From contig NW_005434649.1 of NCBI RefSeq assembly GCF_000315625.1, positions 186,001-250,000 on the forward strand: a DNA stretch of 64,000 nt, written 5' to 3'. The DNA comes from Guillardia theta CCMP2712 (Eukaryota; Protista; Cryptophyta). Shown here piece after piece: positions 48,574-62,055 of the stretch. Within the stretch, counting starts at the first letter, position 1. Each line of letters starts with the position of its first letter. Under the pieces are notes generated by a model. That model saw only the letters and a program-made list of their open reading frames with translations. It was not told the DNA's origin and did no database searches. Made by a program: the position numbers and the translations under genes.

Positions 48574-50829
48574 ATGAAGAAGTCCCTTGACTCCCCAGCT
48601 GGAGAGTATGTACAATACGCATTCTGGTTCCCCCTGTTCACAGTATCCTCCGTTGCAATGGTCATCCTCAACAAGTATTGCGCGGCATCTTTCCCACAAC
48701 CATACAGTCTCCTAGCGTTTCAGAACACAATGACTATCGTTCTCAACCTGATTGGCCTTCAACTCGGAGTGTTCAACATGCGGAGCTTCACAGCACAACA
48801 GTTCAAGATGTTCGCGATCCCTTCGGTGCTGTTTGTCGGAATGCTTGTGACGAGCCTCCGTGGGCTACCTCTTGTGTCTGTAGCGACGACTGTTGTTTTC
48901 CGAGCTCTCAGCACGTGTGTGGTTGCCTTCGGCGATTTCCTCTTCTTTTCGAAGAAGTTCAATGCAGGTTCGCAACAATGACTGAGTGGTGTACATTACG
49001 GACATGATTATAATCTTGTGATGAAGATACTGAAAACGATGAATTGATCATGTAAACTAAGTGCGACGATGAAAATGATGAAGCCGTTTGATGATGAACT
49101 CCATGCTGACGTTTCTCTCACAGCGGAGGTCCTCTGCTTGTCCCTGGTGGTGGTTGGCGGTGGCTTATACAGTCTCGGAGATCTGTCGTTTCACCCGACA
49201 GGGTATGGGTGGATGTTTGCGAACATGACGATGTTTGTGTCATCGCAGCTGTATGAGAAGTATGCTGTTGTGTGCATGGATCAGGTTGGTCATCGTGGTT
49301 CAACGGTAATTGGTACTAATGTTTCCCCCCTCAAAGACTGCAGTCGGCATTTCTTGCGTCCAGAACATTCTCTCTCTGCCTATCTTGATCGTCTTTGGAT
49401 TTTTTGTGTTGGAGGTGATAAATATCCACTTCATCTGCTGGTTGAGATGATGATGTTTGTGAACAGGAGAGGCCTTTGCAACTTCTCGAAGTTTGTTTTT
49501 GGAACCCCATGCTTTGAGAGTTTGATTTTTGTATGAGCAGAAGACCGATACGCTGACGAAGACAGGAATTTTCCTTAGCGGCATCGCGGGGTAATCAGAA
49601 TGCTATTCCCGTGCTGCTGCATGTCTTGATGAACTTGCAGCTGCGCACTGAGTGTCTGTTACATGAGTTTGGCCAAGTTCGCTTCTGCGACTGCCATCTC
49701 ACTCACAGGAAATCTGAACAAAGTGAGTCTTTTTGTTGCGGCCTCGATGGAAGAGGTTGAAATCGTAATTCCCGTGTTCATCTCAGGTACTCTCTATCTT
49801 CGTCGGGGCTGCTGTCTTTCACAATCCCCTATCCCTCCTTCAGGCAAGTCTCCTTCTTCCCTTCTAGATTGGTGTCACAACCATCTCCTTCGCTCGTCCC
49901 CCCCCACACACAGCCCCTCTTCTCTCTCGCCTCTCTCTCTTTTTTTTCGCTCGTATCCCAGGCTCACTGATCTCTAGACTCTCGGCCTGTCGTTGAGCGT
50001 GATAGCTACCATGGCGTTCAGTCAAGGAGGAGCCCTGCCCACTGGTGAAGTGAATCTTTTTTTCAATCCACCGTCCTTCTCTTCATCCCTCTCCCTTCCT
50101 CTTTCTCTTCTCCCTCTCACTGTCTCCTTCATCATTGCATTGTCCTTCCTGCTGCTGTGTCCGTCCCCTCCTCACTTGTCCCTTCTCAGTGCTGCGAGGA
50201 GGAAGGCTCTACCTGTTCATGCTCCTCATGATCGTCTTTGCGGTCAACACGTGGGACATTGGTGGCAAGATCGCCTACCTCGACGTCAAGAAGGAGATCA
50301 GGAAGGAGCTTGACTTCCTCCTCCGCAAGTCCGGTGGCATTGGCAAGGGCACGCTGCGACTGTTTGCGGGGCGCAACAGGACGGCAACAGCTGGGCTTGA
50401 CGAGGACCTCCAGCTTTCGATCTCGATTCGGGGAATGAAGACGAGATCGTTTTCCAGCGAGAAGCAGCAGGTGTCTCCCCCCCCCACCTTCTTCTTCTCC
50501 TCCTCCTCTTCCCCATTCGCCACCGCTCTCCCCCCCACAAATTCCGAATGCCCCTCCTCCTGTCTTGGCATCTGCTCTTATCCCCCTCGTCCCCTCTCTT
50601 CAGTTCTTGTTCCCCTCTGCTCGCCTCTTCCATGCCCTCTGAAGGCCCCGCAGGAGCTTGCAAGGACGATCTCCCGATTCTTCCAGGCCAAAGACGGAGA
50701 CGTGGAGCTGAACATCCTCAGCGAGTGATGGCGATCCTACGGCCCCTCTTCCCACCCGCTGACTTGCTCAGCAGGAGCTCATGGAGCCAGGACGACAAGT
50801 CGCACCCCCTCTCAGGTCCGATAACTTGA
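48574..50829 (+). CDS. Nucleotide-sugar transporter (GDP-mannose/GONST-VRG4-like, DMT/TPT fold) with C-terminal extension; multi-exon
   Basis: SSVAMVILNKY, LLAFQN, SLRGLPLVSVATTVVFR, GYGWMFAN, SATAISLTGNLNKV. Confidence 0.8.
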
Positions 50830-51852
50830 GAGCATGCTGGGCGTCTGACAGGCTTCCTGCCAATAGGAGAGATCAAGCATGAGCTTGAGACGAGGCTGCG
50901 GCAAGCGGATGCTGTACGTTGACCGGCGGTTCAAAGGAGGGAGGGTGACCGGGGATTTGGCAGGCTCAGTCCAGCAAGAACGCTACCAAAGTTCCGCCGA
51001 GCGAGTCGAAGTAATTACCGTACCCGGTGATAGCCGAGGAGTTGACTATGTTCATTTCGGACTCGGATGCAATGAAGGAATTCATATCGACCGTACGGTC
51101 GGACTCTGATTAACTTGATCGAGGATGCTGCCCGGCGCTGAGGGTCCGGGCCCGGCGTGCCAGTCACCGTCAGCTGGCCGCTGGCGCCGGGCTCCGAGTC
51201 CGAGGCTGGAACTGCGTGACCACCCGGCACAGTGACTTGTTACCGACGAGCGGCGCCGTGCCTGAGCACTAGGGCCGTGGCACCCTACCCCCTGTCAGAC
51301 CCCCTGTCCTAGGCCCAACCTACCCCCTTCACTGAAGGATGATTCCACTGGGAGATGTGATGTATCTCGATTTGAAATGGCGTGGGCGAAAAAGGGGGGA
51401 GGGGAGGAACAGAGGGAGGTGGGAGGAACAGAGGGAGGTGGCTGGATGTGAGGAGAAGTAAGGGGATGTGAAGGTAGGAGAGGAGCAGGAAGTTGGCGGA
51501 AAGAGCGAAGAAAATGGAGAGGGAGAGAGGAAAATATGTTCCATCAAATGTGGAAAAGATTCACTTTCGTCCATGTGGCGAAGGGAAGGAGGGAGGGGGA
51601 AAGAAGAGAGGAAGCAAGCAAGGATCAGAGTAGGGAGCAAACAATGGAGGAGGGAGCAAGAACTCGATAAGTTTGAACTCGAGTGTCAGAATGCAGAAGT
51701 TTTTTTGTCCGCTGATCATTGGAGAATACCAACTCTAATGTTATTCTTATTCGTTTCCTCAGGATTACTGAGGAGCACAACAAAAGGTTCTCAACAGATT
51801 AAAGGCCATCGTCGCAACTTCTTGTTTTCCTTTGCTCTTTTAGCTAATCGAC

Positions 51853-52050
51853 ATGGCGTTCACTACCAAGGATGAGGCATATGCAGACCTGTCGGCTCGT
51901 CTCTCTCGGTTGCAGCAGTCAGTCTCAAAGCTCTCAGAGAATTTCAATCAGGTCCAGAAGATCCATGACGGCTCGCAGAATCTCGCAGAGTCACTTGCCA
52001 AGACCATGCAGGCAGCTTGTCGTCATGCTCCTGAGGAGGGGAGCACTTGA
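51853..52050 (+). CDS. Small coiled-coil protein, possibly DASH/Dam1 complex Hsk3-like
   Basis: 65-aa ATG-started ORF. YADLSARLSRLQQSVSKLSEN...LAKTMQAA loosely resembles Hsk3 by eye. Confidence 0.4.
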   Translation: MAFTTKDEAYADLSARLSRLQQSVSKLSENFNQVQKIHDGSQNLAESLAKTMQAACRHAPEEGST

Positions 52051-52299
52051 GGGTGAGACTGATGGAGGATTAGGGGAGACAAGATCATGAGCGTGAGATG
52101 GGTGGGAACAGCACGAGGAGGTGATGAGCTATGTTCGCATGAGGGTAGGGATAGCTGTTTCTATTTTGAGAGAATGACGAAGATAAAACCAAAAAACCAC
52201 AAGAGTTTCTTGCGTCGCAGCTAGAAGCCTGATCAAAGTATCCGCGACACAACAACAATCCAACAGATCGCGATATTCTCTTTACTCCTCTCAGATGTC

Positions 52300-54669
52300 T
52301 TGTCAGGTTTGCTCGTTCGAATTGTTGTTTACGAGCAGCAAACTTGTGTTAATATGTTATCCCTCTCCCCCGCCTGCCAGCAATCAATCTCGCTATCCCT
52401 TAGGTCAGGCCTTGCTGTCCCCGTGTTCGTTCTTCTCCTCTTTCCCGTGATGCTTCTCGTCCTTGTCCTCCTTCTTCTTCCTGGACTTGTGAGGCTGCAG
52501 GAACAGAGTCATGTGCGGGTAGTGGGTGCAGCGTGTTTACCACTCTGGGAAGGGGCAGGTGGATCTCAATGTCTCGCTCTGCTCCTCTCCTCCTCGGGTT
52601 CCTGTGCAACGTTCAGGTGGGCGGATCATGGCTGCGGAGGCGATGAGCAGACCTGTTCAGCATGGCAGCGAGCCGAGCAGCCTCTAGCGCATCCCTCTCC
52701 TCCTGAGTCAGCTGGGGCTCTTGCTTCACGTCCTCCTCTTTCCTCTCCTTGTCTTTGTCTTCCTTCCGCCTGCGCTCCTCCGACATCTCCTCGCGTTTCG
52801 TTTCTTCCTCATCCTGGTTGCTGCCAGGTGAGAAAACATCGCCGAAAATCAATTCAGTGCACCTTCCCGTCCTTGCTGTCCTTTGATTCCCTGTCACAAT
52901 ATCTCAGCGTGCGAACAAAGTCATAAGCAGATCTCTTACTTTTCCGCGTCGTCCCGAGATTTCACCCGCTTCCTCCTGCCATTCGTCGCTTCTTCATCGA
53001 TCCTGTAGCTCACACCACATCACTCATCCTTTCTCTGACGTCAAGAAGATGCACCTCTTCCCCTTCCTCCGCTTGTCCCCTTCATCGCCCTCATCGTCTT
53101 CATCCCCATCTTCTGAAGCATCTCTTTGATTGCTTTCAGGCTGTGGCACCCGAGCTCTTTCAATCTGCATGCCGTCTCGTATCCTCTTCTCTCACCTGCT
53201 CTTTCTGACTAGGACGGCCTCGTTTCCTCGTTGACTTGTGGAGAGAAGAACGATCGTTCTCTTCTTGCCCAGACAGGACCGATTCGCTGTCTCCGCCCTT
53301 CCCATCATCGCCGCCTACTTTCTTCGTGCTTCCCTTTCCTTCTTGTTTCTCCTCAGCATACCCGAGAGCCACGTCCTCATCATCCCCGACAATCACAAAA
53401 CTGCATCCGATTAGACCAACTGCCACGTGCTAGGTCAGGAAGATGTACAGACCTGCTTCGCCGGCAATTCGTCGTCTTGTTGGTCTCGTCTAAGGTTATC
53501 GTGTACCAACCATGCACAAATCCTGTTGTCTCCCCAGTTTTGACTTCGTCACGTGGAAGCAAACTGTCCAGAACATGGTGTCAGGACATGCCGGCGCATG
53601 CAAATTATCGAACAAAATGCCTCAAGAAACAAGACAAGACGACGTCACATGAAATGGAATACCTTCCGCCGTACGTTCTCACTATCCTCACTTTTGTTCC
53701 CAAGGGCGGATTGCTGCCATTCTGTGCATGGTGCGAGTTGGAGCTGCTACCATTACATCCCCCCTGGTTGTTTGAGTTGTTTGCTTGTAACAATCTGAAA
53801 CCATCGACCATCTGCTCAAAACTTCAGCAACTGTCGAACAGCAACCAGACTTCATAGATCGAACATAACAGGGAATCAAAGTAAGCAAATTTAGCCACTC
53901 ACCCCGTGTTGCACGAAGTGTGGATCGTTCAGAAACCTCTTGTTTCCTTGGGTGAAAGGATCAACGTACATCTGACTTGATGTCGGAGGCCCGCTCTGAT
54001 CCGCACATCTGCTCACGCAGGATCAACCACTCGCCCCCCGCCGTTATCTATTCATACCTTGCGAACTGCATCGGGTTGTAGCAAACTTTGTGGCCGTCCT
54101 CCATGAACACAGCATACCAGCCTTTGCCTCTGCGAGCAAGGAGAGCAGCACAGATCATGATCGAGTCGACCCCTCATCGTCAACCAGCTGATCCTCACCT
54201 GTACTCCACCAGACGGCCCACGTGGTTCAGGTACATGTCTCCGTCTTCGGTGATCACAACTCGCGTCCCTGATTAGCTTCAGCGACGGAGGGAAGAGCGA
54301 ACAGCCTAGGTCACCTATAGGCCAGCATGCCTTGTCCTTGCTGCTATCCTGCTTGTCGTAGGGAGTTCGGATGGTGTTTGTCATGCGGTCCCTGCGGCAA
54401 GTCAGAGGAATCTTCCTCCCCCCTCAGGCCTCCGGCATTGCCTGTTCCATAGCTTCAACTTGAGCCTGTAGAAGAGATCCGAGCCTTCGGACTCGTCGAA
54501 ACTCCTGCAGGGAGGCAGAAAAGGTCAGTGTAGGGCACAGAGACGTACTGGAAGCATGCCTCCGCTGCTGCGGCAATCGAATGTCCTCGTCCTCGCTGTC
54601 AGAATACCGCTTGACTTCGGCTGGAAAAGTCCTCAGTCCATTCATCCAAACACCAGAGCAGAGCACCAT
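52300..54669 (-). CDS. Multi-exon hypothetical protein (ends approximate)
   Basis: Spliced protein-like segments (GWYAVFMEDG, HGWYTITLDE; possibly SH3/Tudor-like) and a charged low-complexity C-terminus. Confidence 0.5.
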
Positions 54670-56724
54670 GGACTTCACTAGTATGCCCCATTGCTATGTT
54701 GGTCCTTCAACTCCCGACTTAGCTTGTCGTCAGGTCATGCGCATGCACGTCTGAAAACAAACTGTTACACAAGGATGAAGCGGAAACAAATGCGCTGGCG
54801 GGCAGCAGCAACTCCTCCGCGTCCTCTCCTTGTCCTCTTTCCTCCCCCACCCCATCCTGGGATATGCTTGCTAGAGAGCAGCGCGAACAACCGGCGAGCA
54901 TCTTCCGGCACGCGACAATGAACGTGGCTGTCATCATCAAGTTTACCCCTCGCTCTCAAACATGCTGGCAGCACCGCCCATTCGAGCATGTCGATAGCAT
55001 CCCTATCTTCCTTCCTTTCCCTCCTCTCCCTCTCCCTCTCCCTCTCCCTCTCCTCTCGCTTCTCCTTCGTACACACGCCCTCCCCCCTCTTCGGTTACTG
55101 CCCCAGCATTTTATTGTCGTCGATTGAGTAAAATATTCTGAAGAGACCACCCCCACTGATAATTTGAGCTCTGTACCCCTTCACTTGATGATGGGAAGCA
55201 GGGTACTCATGTTACCCCCCTTTTTCTGATTAAAAGGAGGGGTGTGTTAAACAGTGCTATTCAGTACCCATTATTTCACGGAGGAACACAGGGGTGTACT
55301 TGGTACCCCTACCAAACTAGTTCCAAAGAGGGGACATAAGGCAGAGAAGAGAAGAGGTCAGGGCCTCGTCCTCGACGGCAGGGGTGGGACTTGTGTAAGG
55401 GGGGGTGGGGGTTGGAATTCAGAAGGTTCAATATAGGGTAGTACTTTTTCAAAGGGGTACTGATCTTCGGTACCGGGTACTTTCAATGAAATTACCTTTG
55501 AAAAAAAAGGGTAACTACAATTTCGGTACGGGTGCAATAATGTAGCGTAGGGTTCATACCTAAAGGGTAGGGTAGTACTGGTCTGCAACGGGGTGTGCGG
55601 ATTTTTTACTGCGGGGGAATTTTTAGGGGTGGGTGAAGTGGTTTTGAGGGGTGGGGGTAATTGTTTTGTAGGTTGCATTTTTGATCACCCCTTGCTTTTC
55701 GACACTTTTGAAGTCACTGTACCGGTCATGAGCATCTTAGGGGGGGTGGACGATGGAAGCGGAGGGGTAGGTAGTCCCACTTCAGGGGTGAGGGAAGTGA
55801 TGGCCGCTTGTACCTTGTGATTTAGGAAGGTAGGGTACGGAATTACCATGGGTGGGGGCACTACAAGACCGGGTCCTGGCACATCAAGTACGCTGGATTA
55901 CATAGGGGTTAGGGGTAGAGATCATGAGGATGCAATTCATGGGTAGGGTGGTTTTTGTGGGCGCGGCTATGGTTGGGAGTGGCGGAGAGGACGGAGGATG
56001 AGCGGGATGATGCAGAGGGGAGGACGATCTCAGGAGGTCAAGATATCACATGTCACACCAGATCATCTTGTCGTTAGGAGAGGGCTCCAGCGAAGCTTTA
56101 CAAGTAGCCCAGATTGATGGTTTGAAAGCGTAATGAAGGTTGTTAGCATAGCTTACATGTTGGTTTGGTCAAGCAACGCTAGGTTTCTTTGGATTTGAAG
56201 TTGTCGAATAAGTCTCATGTGTCTAGTCATTAGCTCGATCTTGATTTTGATGTCATTATGGGTCAGAGTTGAGACAGAATGAGCCCTTCCGCACGCTCTT
56301 GTAAACCGTGTTGATGACTGTGAATGCGACGGGTTAGGAATGAGTAAATGATCTTGATATCACGTTTCGTTGCGCCCTCTTGAAGTTCCCTCGTGATATG
56401 TATGGAGGAGATGCACTACTGTTGTCTCGAAAAAAGAGCTGCATGTTTTAGAGCATGTGGGTATTACGTGTTTAATTGCCAGTGCTGCCCAAGCGGAACT
56501 GGCCCGAAGTCGCGTTTTCTGGAGTCATTATGAAATCTTGCAAGATTCCCAAGAGCTTTAAGCCGATTCTGAGCTTCTTGCAGGCTGCTGGAACTTTGTC
56601 CTTATCATTCCATAGAAAGAAATTCGATTTCTGGAAGGAATTTTTACTCGGGGCTATTCGGCAGATTTGCCTCCATTTTGCAGACTGTATTCTATCAAGG
56701 GCAAAGAAATCAAAAACCATAGTC

Positions 56725-57794
56725 ATGAAGCTTCCAGGTCATCAGGGAGCGGCTTCTTTTCGGCTTCCTCTCCGTTTCTCCTCACGAACATGGATGGCCA
56801 GCGTCACATTTTTCTTCCTCTGGATTGCATGCAGCGAATCGTTTGTTGAGCGAGGATACCTCGGCGCTTCTCTGGCAGCCCACAAGAGACCACCATCTTA
56901 CTGCAAGCAGGCTAACTCGCATGTAGGGCTTGCTCCAGCTGAAACAGCCCCGCTCAGACGCTCTGGTTTGCTGCTGCGGAGCAGGGGAGGAGTTCACCGC
57001 ATCGGCCCTCTGGCGTGCGCTCCCACCGAAGACGTGAAAGTGGAAGTTAACACTCTGAACGAGAGGCTCTGGGCAGCAGCTGAGGCGGGTGATGGTGATC
57101 TGATCCGTTCGCTTGTCAGTGAGGGAGCAGAAGTGAACTCGCAGCCTTACGTCCCTGATGCGGAAGAACGCGAGAAAGTTTCAACTGCAGAAGGAACGCA
57201 GGACGGCTGGGACGGATCGGAGCCGATCAGATCCCGAACAGATGCTCTTGAGGTGAATGCTGAGGCAAGTGACAAAGAAGCTGTCGAGAAAGATGAAGAA
57301 GCGAAGCTGAAGGAAGAGAAGAAGAAGGACAAGAAGAAGAAGAAGAAGGATTATGAGAACAAGGTACAAGAGATTGAATGCTCTTGGTCAACTTGAGGTT
57401 ACTTCTTGACTGTACATGTTCAGGGACTTTCTGCTCTGCACTTGGCTGCAAGCAAAGGGCACAGTAGCGCTGCTTGCGCTCTTGTCGATCTTGGAGGAGA
57501 CGTCAACTCTGTCACGGCCGATCTCACTACGCCGCTGCATCTCGCCGTTGCGGGAGGGCACACCGGTGACTCCTCAGTCTTGCACGAGCGACCCTGACCG
57601 TTGGCTCTGCAGATACTGTGCAGGTTCTGGTCACCCTAGGAGCAGACTTGAAGGCGAAGAATGCTAATGGTGAGACTCCTCTGAAGCTGGGGAAGAACGC
57701 TGGGACCAACGTGGAGGTTCTCAGCCTCCTCAAGGCATTCATGGATGCCTTGGAGTCGGACGAAGATGAGAGTCCTCCCGAGCCCAGCAAGTGA
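56725..57794 (+). CDS. Ankyrin-repeat protein with possible targeting presequence
   Basis: LWAAAEAGD..LVSEGAEVN, GLSALHLAASKGH, TPLHLAVAGGH, GADLKAKNANGETPL. Confidence 0.85.
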
Positions 57795-57835
57795 TTCTTT
57801 GGGTAAAAGTTTTGCATGTTCCGAACTGGTGCTGT

Positions 57836-60238
57836 TCAATCGCTCGAAGTCTTGAGGCAGCTGTTGAACTGCTTCTCGAGTACCTTTAGTATCCCCCGAT
57901 TCCTGTGCTCCACGATAAGGGAGAAGGAGGCGAGGAGACGTGGCTTACATGTGAGTTCCGTCGCAAACAAAGTCAGATTTCAACACCCCTTCGCTGGTCG
58001 TTACGTCGTTGCTAATGTCGATGTACGTTCCCTTTCTGCGATGGAGCTTACACAAGACCGCAACTCAACATGAACAGCAGAATACGGGCCATAGACTTCC
58101 TTCAGCTTCTTGTTGAAGAGATTGGTTGCCTGTACCTCCATCAGAGCATGAAGATGAAGTAGGAGGGAGGGAGGGAGGGAGGGAGGGAGGGATGGAAAGA
58201 ACCCAATGCGAACAAGTTCAACCTGACGTGAGTGGGAGGAGGGAGGCGGAACCTAGGAAGCGCATTGAGGCCGACTCTCACCTCAATACGATCTTTGTGC
58301 TGCGGATTCGACGGCGGGCACACGGAAAGCACAAACATTTTCACGGAGAACCTCTTCGAAAGGTACTTCACGGCCTGCCAATTCACACTTATTACTACAC
58401 CCTCCACCCCGCGTTTTTTAATGCACCTTATCGAAAATTTGCACAGTCTCCTCCACAGCCTTCTGCATCGACTCGTACTTGCGCTTCATGACGGCTCCTG
58501 GTTCAGAGCGGCACACATGAGCATTCTTGTTGACCTGCTATCTTCTCCTCACCTGGGATACCCTCACGGCAGTCGATCTCCCCACAGACAAAGACGATCT
58601 CCTTGGCATCTGTGATGATGTCGGAGGAGTTTTCCTGGACAAAGAACAAGCTACTCTGAAACATTCTCTACCTGCCGGCAAGCTCTTCATGCATTCGTGC
58701 AGGTTTGCAACGGTGAGGAATTGGTGTCCTTCTCGAAGGTGCCTGGGAACAAGTCAGAGGATCAACCCGAACCAGACCTGACCGTCTCAACTCTCACCAA
58801 GCCTTCAGCCCCGTGACGAGCTTTGGGAAGATGTAGTGAGAGGTTTTCTTCAATTTGATTCTTCCCCATGCGCCTGAAAGGACGTGACTGTCTCCGACCA
58901 GAAAGAGCGGCTTGCAGCCTGTCGTCTCGGGAGGAGGACAGTTTTCCATCGATAACATTAATTTGGAAATGAAGAAGAAATAAGCCCAATGGGTTGTCAG
59001 CCCCTGCAGAGCTCTCTTCACAACCTGGAATATCAGCACCAAAGTCAGAGGAGCAAAACACTCAAGCCCCGTACGTCAGGGAAGTTGTTGATCTGTGAGA
59101 GGAGAAGAACGAGCTTCTCTTGCCAAAAGGGTTGACCAGCGACAAAGACAAGCTTGGCAAACAGAATGTAGACAGCAAAATGGTTGATTGTCGTGAGTTC
59201 GCTCTCCTGCACTTGTCTTCAAACAACATGTCAACGAAAGGTGTCATGGCACCTTCACTGTCGCGCAAAAGTCTTGCAGAGTGTTCAAAGCTGCTTCATA
59301 TTTCTGAACGTACTCATATGCTTGAGCCAGGTTGAAGGCGAAGGTCGGATCTCCAGGAGAGACAGAAGCTGCCTCTTTGTATAATCTGATCGCTTCCTCC
59401 AAATTTCCCTTGTCTTTCTCGCAGTTCGCCATGCCGGAGCATGCAAGCGCATTGCTGGGATCCTTCTCGTAAGCCCTGGCATAAAGCTGGGAAGGGGAGA
59501 GGATCACCACCAAAGCGATGCAGCAATTCAGATTCAACCTGCTCGGCCGCGTCGTACTGGTGACGATCATACTGTATGTCTGCCTGCCCGTGCCGAGCAG
59601 CAGCCTCCATATCGCTGTCCTCTGAGGCGATCTCAAGCGCTTGCATGGCAACATCGCGATGCTCTGGGTATTCTTTGCAGGCTGTCCCGAAATCAAGGTG
59701 AAACTTGGCATTGGTCGACATCCTGAAGTCTTCGCAGCGAAGGTAAGCTTGCACCGCTTCCTTGGCATGAACTTTCGATTGAATCAGCTTGAGAATGCTC
59801 GCAGGCCGGAGATCCTTGGTCTTCCTGTCATCAGACTGCCAATCCTGGCTGAATTTCAACTCCTTGGCAACGAGCGCAAGTCTATCAGCAGCCTTCTTCT
59901 TGTAATCATCCGGGAGAAGGTTTGTCTCGTCGTCTTTGTTCCAGGTCAATGCTGACTTGTAGCAGCAGAGAGCCTCCACCAAGTCTCGATTCTGCTCGTA
60001 CCCTTCCGCCATCTGCAGTGAATTGTCGGCATAAGAGGTAAATGCGCACAAGGTAAGTAGATCAAACCAGGACAAGCAGCCTGGGATCTGAATGGATACA
60101 GCAGTACTTCCTGCCATTAACATCAGATGGTACTGGGATTCTGGTTCTGGTGCTGGTGCTGGTGCTGGTGCTTCTGTTACTGTTGATGGTGCAACAGCTG
60201 CTACCTGCATATCGTGACGACGAACTCGTGATCGCCAT
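57836..60238 (-). CDS. TPR protein with C-terminal SGNH-like domain; multi-exon
   Basis: TPRs (ARAYEKDPSNALACSGMANC, GNLEEAIRLYKEA). C-terminal LFLVGDSH and GEIDCREG. Confidence 0.7.
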
Positions 60239-62055
60239 GCTCCAAAGCCGCCACTGCCAAGTCCACAACCCGATCCACCATCGCGACGAGACGTGAGTAA
60301 AAGGGGCCCGGGCGCCGGGCCCGATTCACTGACTGAGGCTTTTAAAGCCCGGCCGGGCCGGGCCGCTTTCAACGGTGACCGACCGTGCCGTAAACTTGAA
60401 GAGGGCCCGGGGCCGGTATGCTTACTATTACGGTCCAGATTGCGAATTTGTAGCACATTCACTCTATAATAGTATTAAATATAATTTCCGAGATCAAACT
60501 TGGTACCACAATACTTTTGGTACCAATTTTTCTGAAACGTTTCCAGTAATTCGTTATCCTGACAATACATTTATTGAGATGTCAATGGTACAAAAGTATT
60601 TGACCATTTGTACTGGTAAATCGATACTCCAGTACAAACTAAAATGATGACCCCAAATATTATTTTAGTTTATTTATATTTATTACACCGACCTACCTCG
60701 TGTCCATTATACACCTCGACTCCTTGGATCGTAAAAGATAGGGACGTGGACAACTACCCCACCCCCCCGTCCAAGGGGAAACAGAGGGAGTATCGGTGAA
60801 GGTGTTCCTGCCACCCTCGTGCATGACCCTATTTTCAAGATACCTACCCGTCATTTGATCTATTTTCCGTAGTAAGATGTACGGTAGGTTTGCTGACCCT
60901 ACCCAGGAAATTTACCTATGGCCCTCATTTTAAAATTACTTATATAGATTGTCAGCCAAGTATACTCGGTAAAGCAGAGGGTGGGGTCCTCCAATCATTG
61001 TGGGTACGTGTGTGAGGGAGACGAGGGCACCACCACTCTTTGTGATGAAGCTTATTCATATAGGGCTCAATTGGAGAAAAATACACACCATTGCAGCATG
61101 GGCCCTTCCCCTGTTTCAGGGTGTAGAATGTGTAGAATTCAGGCATAGGGGGATGGTCCAGGGTAGTATAATGGCGAGGGTAGTGGTTAATGTACCCAAT
61201 GACAACGAGATACATTCAAACACACGGCGTTCCGATACAAAGAAGATTTTTACAATGTCGACAAGTGAGTTTTTCATTGTTTAAAACATTAATAATATCT
61301 ATAAGTATTTTGACGGGGAGGTCCGCTCTCTCGGGGCTTCTCCGGGTACTTTAGCACCTTGCGCGGAGCTCCCCTCTAGAGAGCCCTTACGGCATTCCCA
61401 GTGCTAAATGCTTTTAATATTCAGTCATCATGATTTAGTCTCTCTCACTTCGGTACATTTGTTTCAAAAAGTGTACTATATTAGTACGAGATTGATCACC
61501 ATAACCTCTAATAGCCGAAACTGTACTCGTTTGCAACATGACACAATTATTGTCGTTTTATATCGAAGAGCATTACCTACCTGCAGTACAAATCTCTCCA
61601 GTAAAGTTGGTAGTTTCTTTTTACTATGTTCTTTTAGCTGTCCTTCTCCTATGGCCTCGGGTCTTTACTTCGTAAGAAATGGTAGACCCAGGATACCCCT
61701 CATAGGACCGAGGCCATACCTGGTCCTAGGTAGCTACAACAATGTACGGGCGTTTCTCCTTCTAATATTAAAAGGCCTCGTATCAGCGCATGCAGCGTCC
61801 TACCCTCGTTGTCCATTCCGTTGGAATCGCGCGTTCATCCTAGCCCCCCCCCACCGCCCCCCCTTCCCCCTTCCCCCTTCCACTCCTTCCTCTCTTTCCC
61901 CGCTCTCCTGCTTCGTTTCACTTCCCTTGTTATCATTTCCCACTTTTCCGTTCACGACACAAGAACCTCAAGACGTTCATCTGATCCTTTAACGTACGCT
62001 CTTGAAAACCCTGGATTGCCTCAACACAACCGTCTCGAGCTTCGCATAAGGCAAA

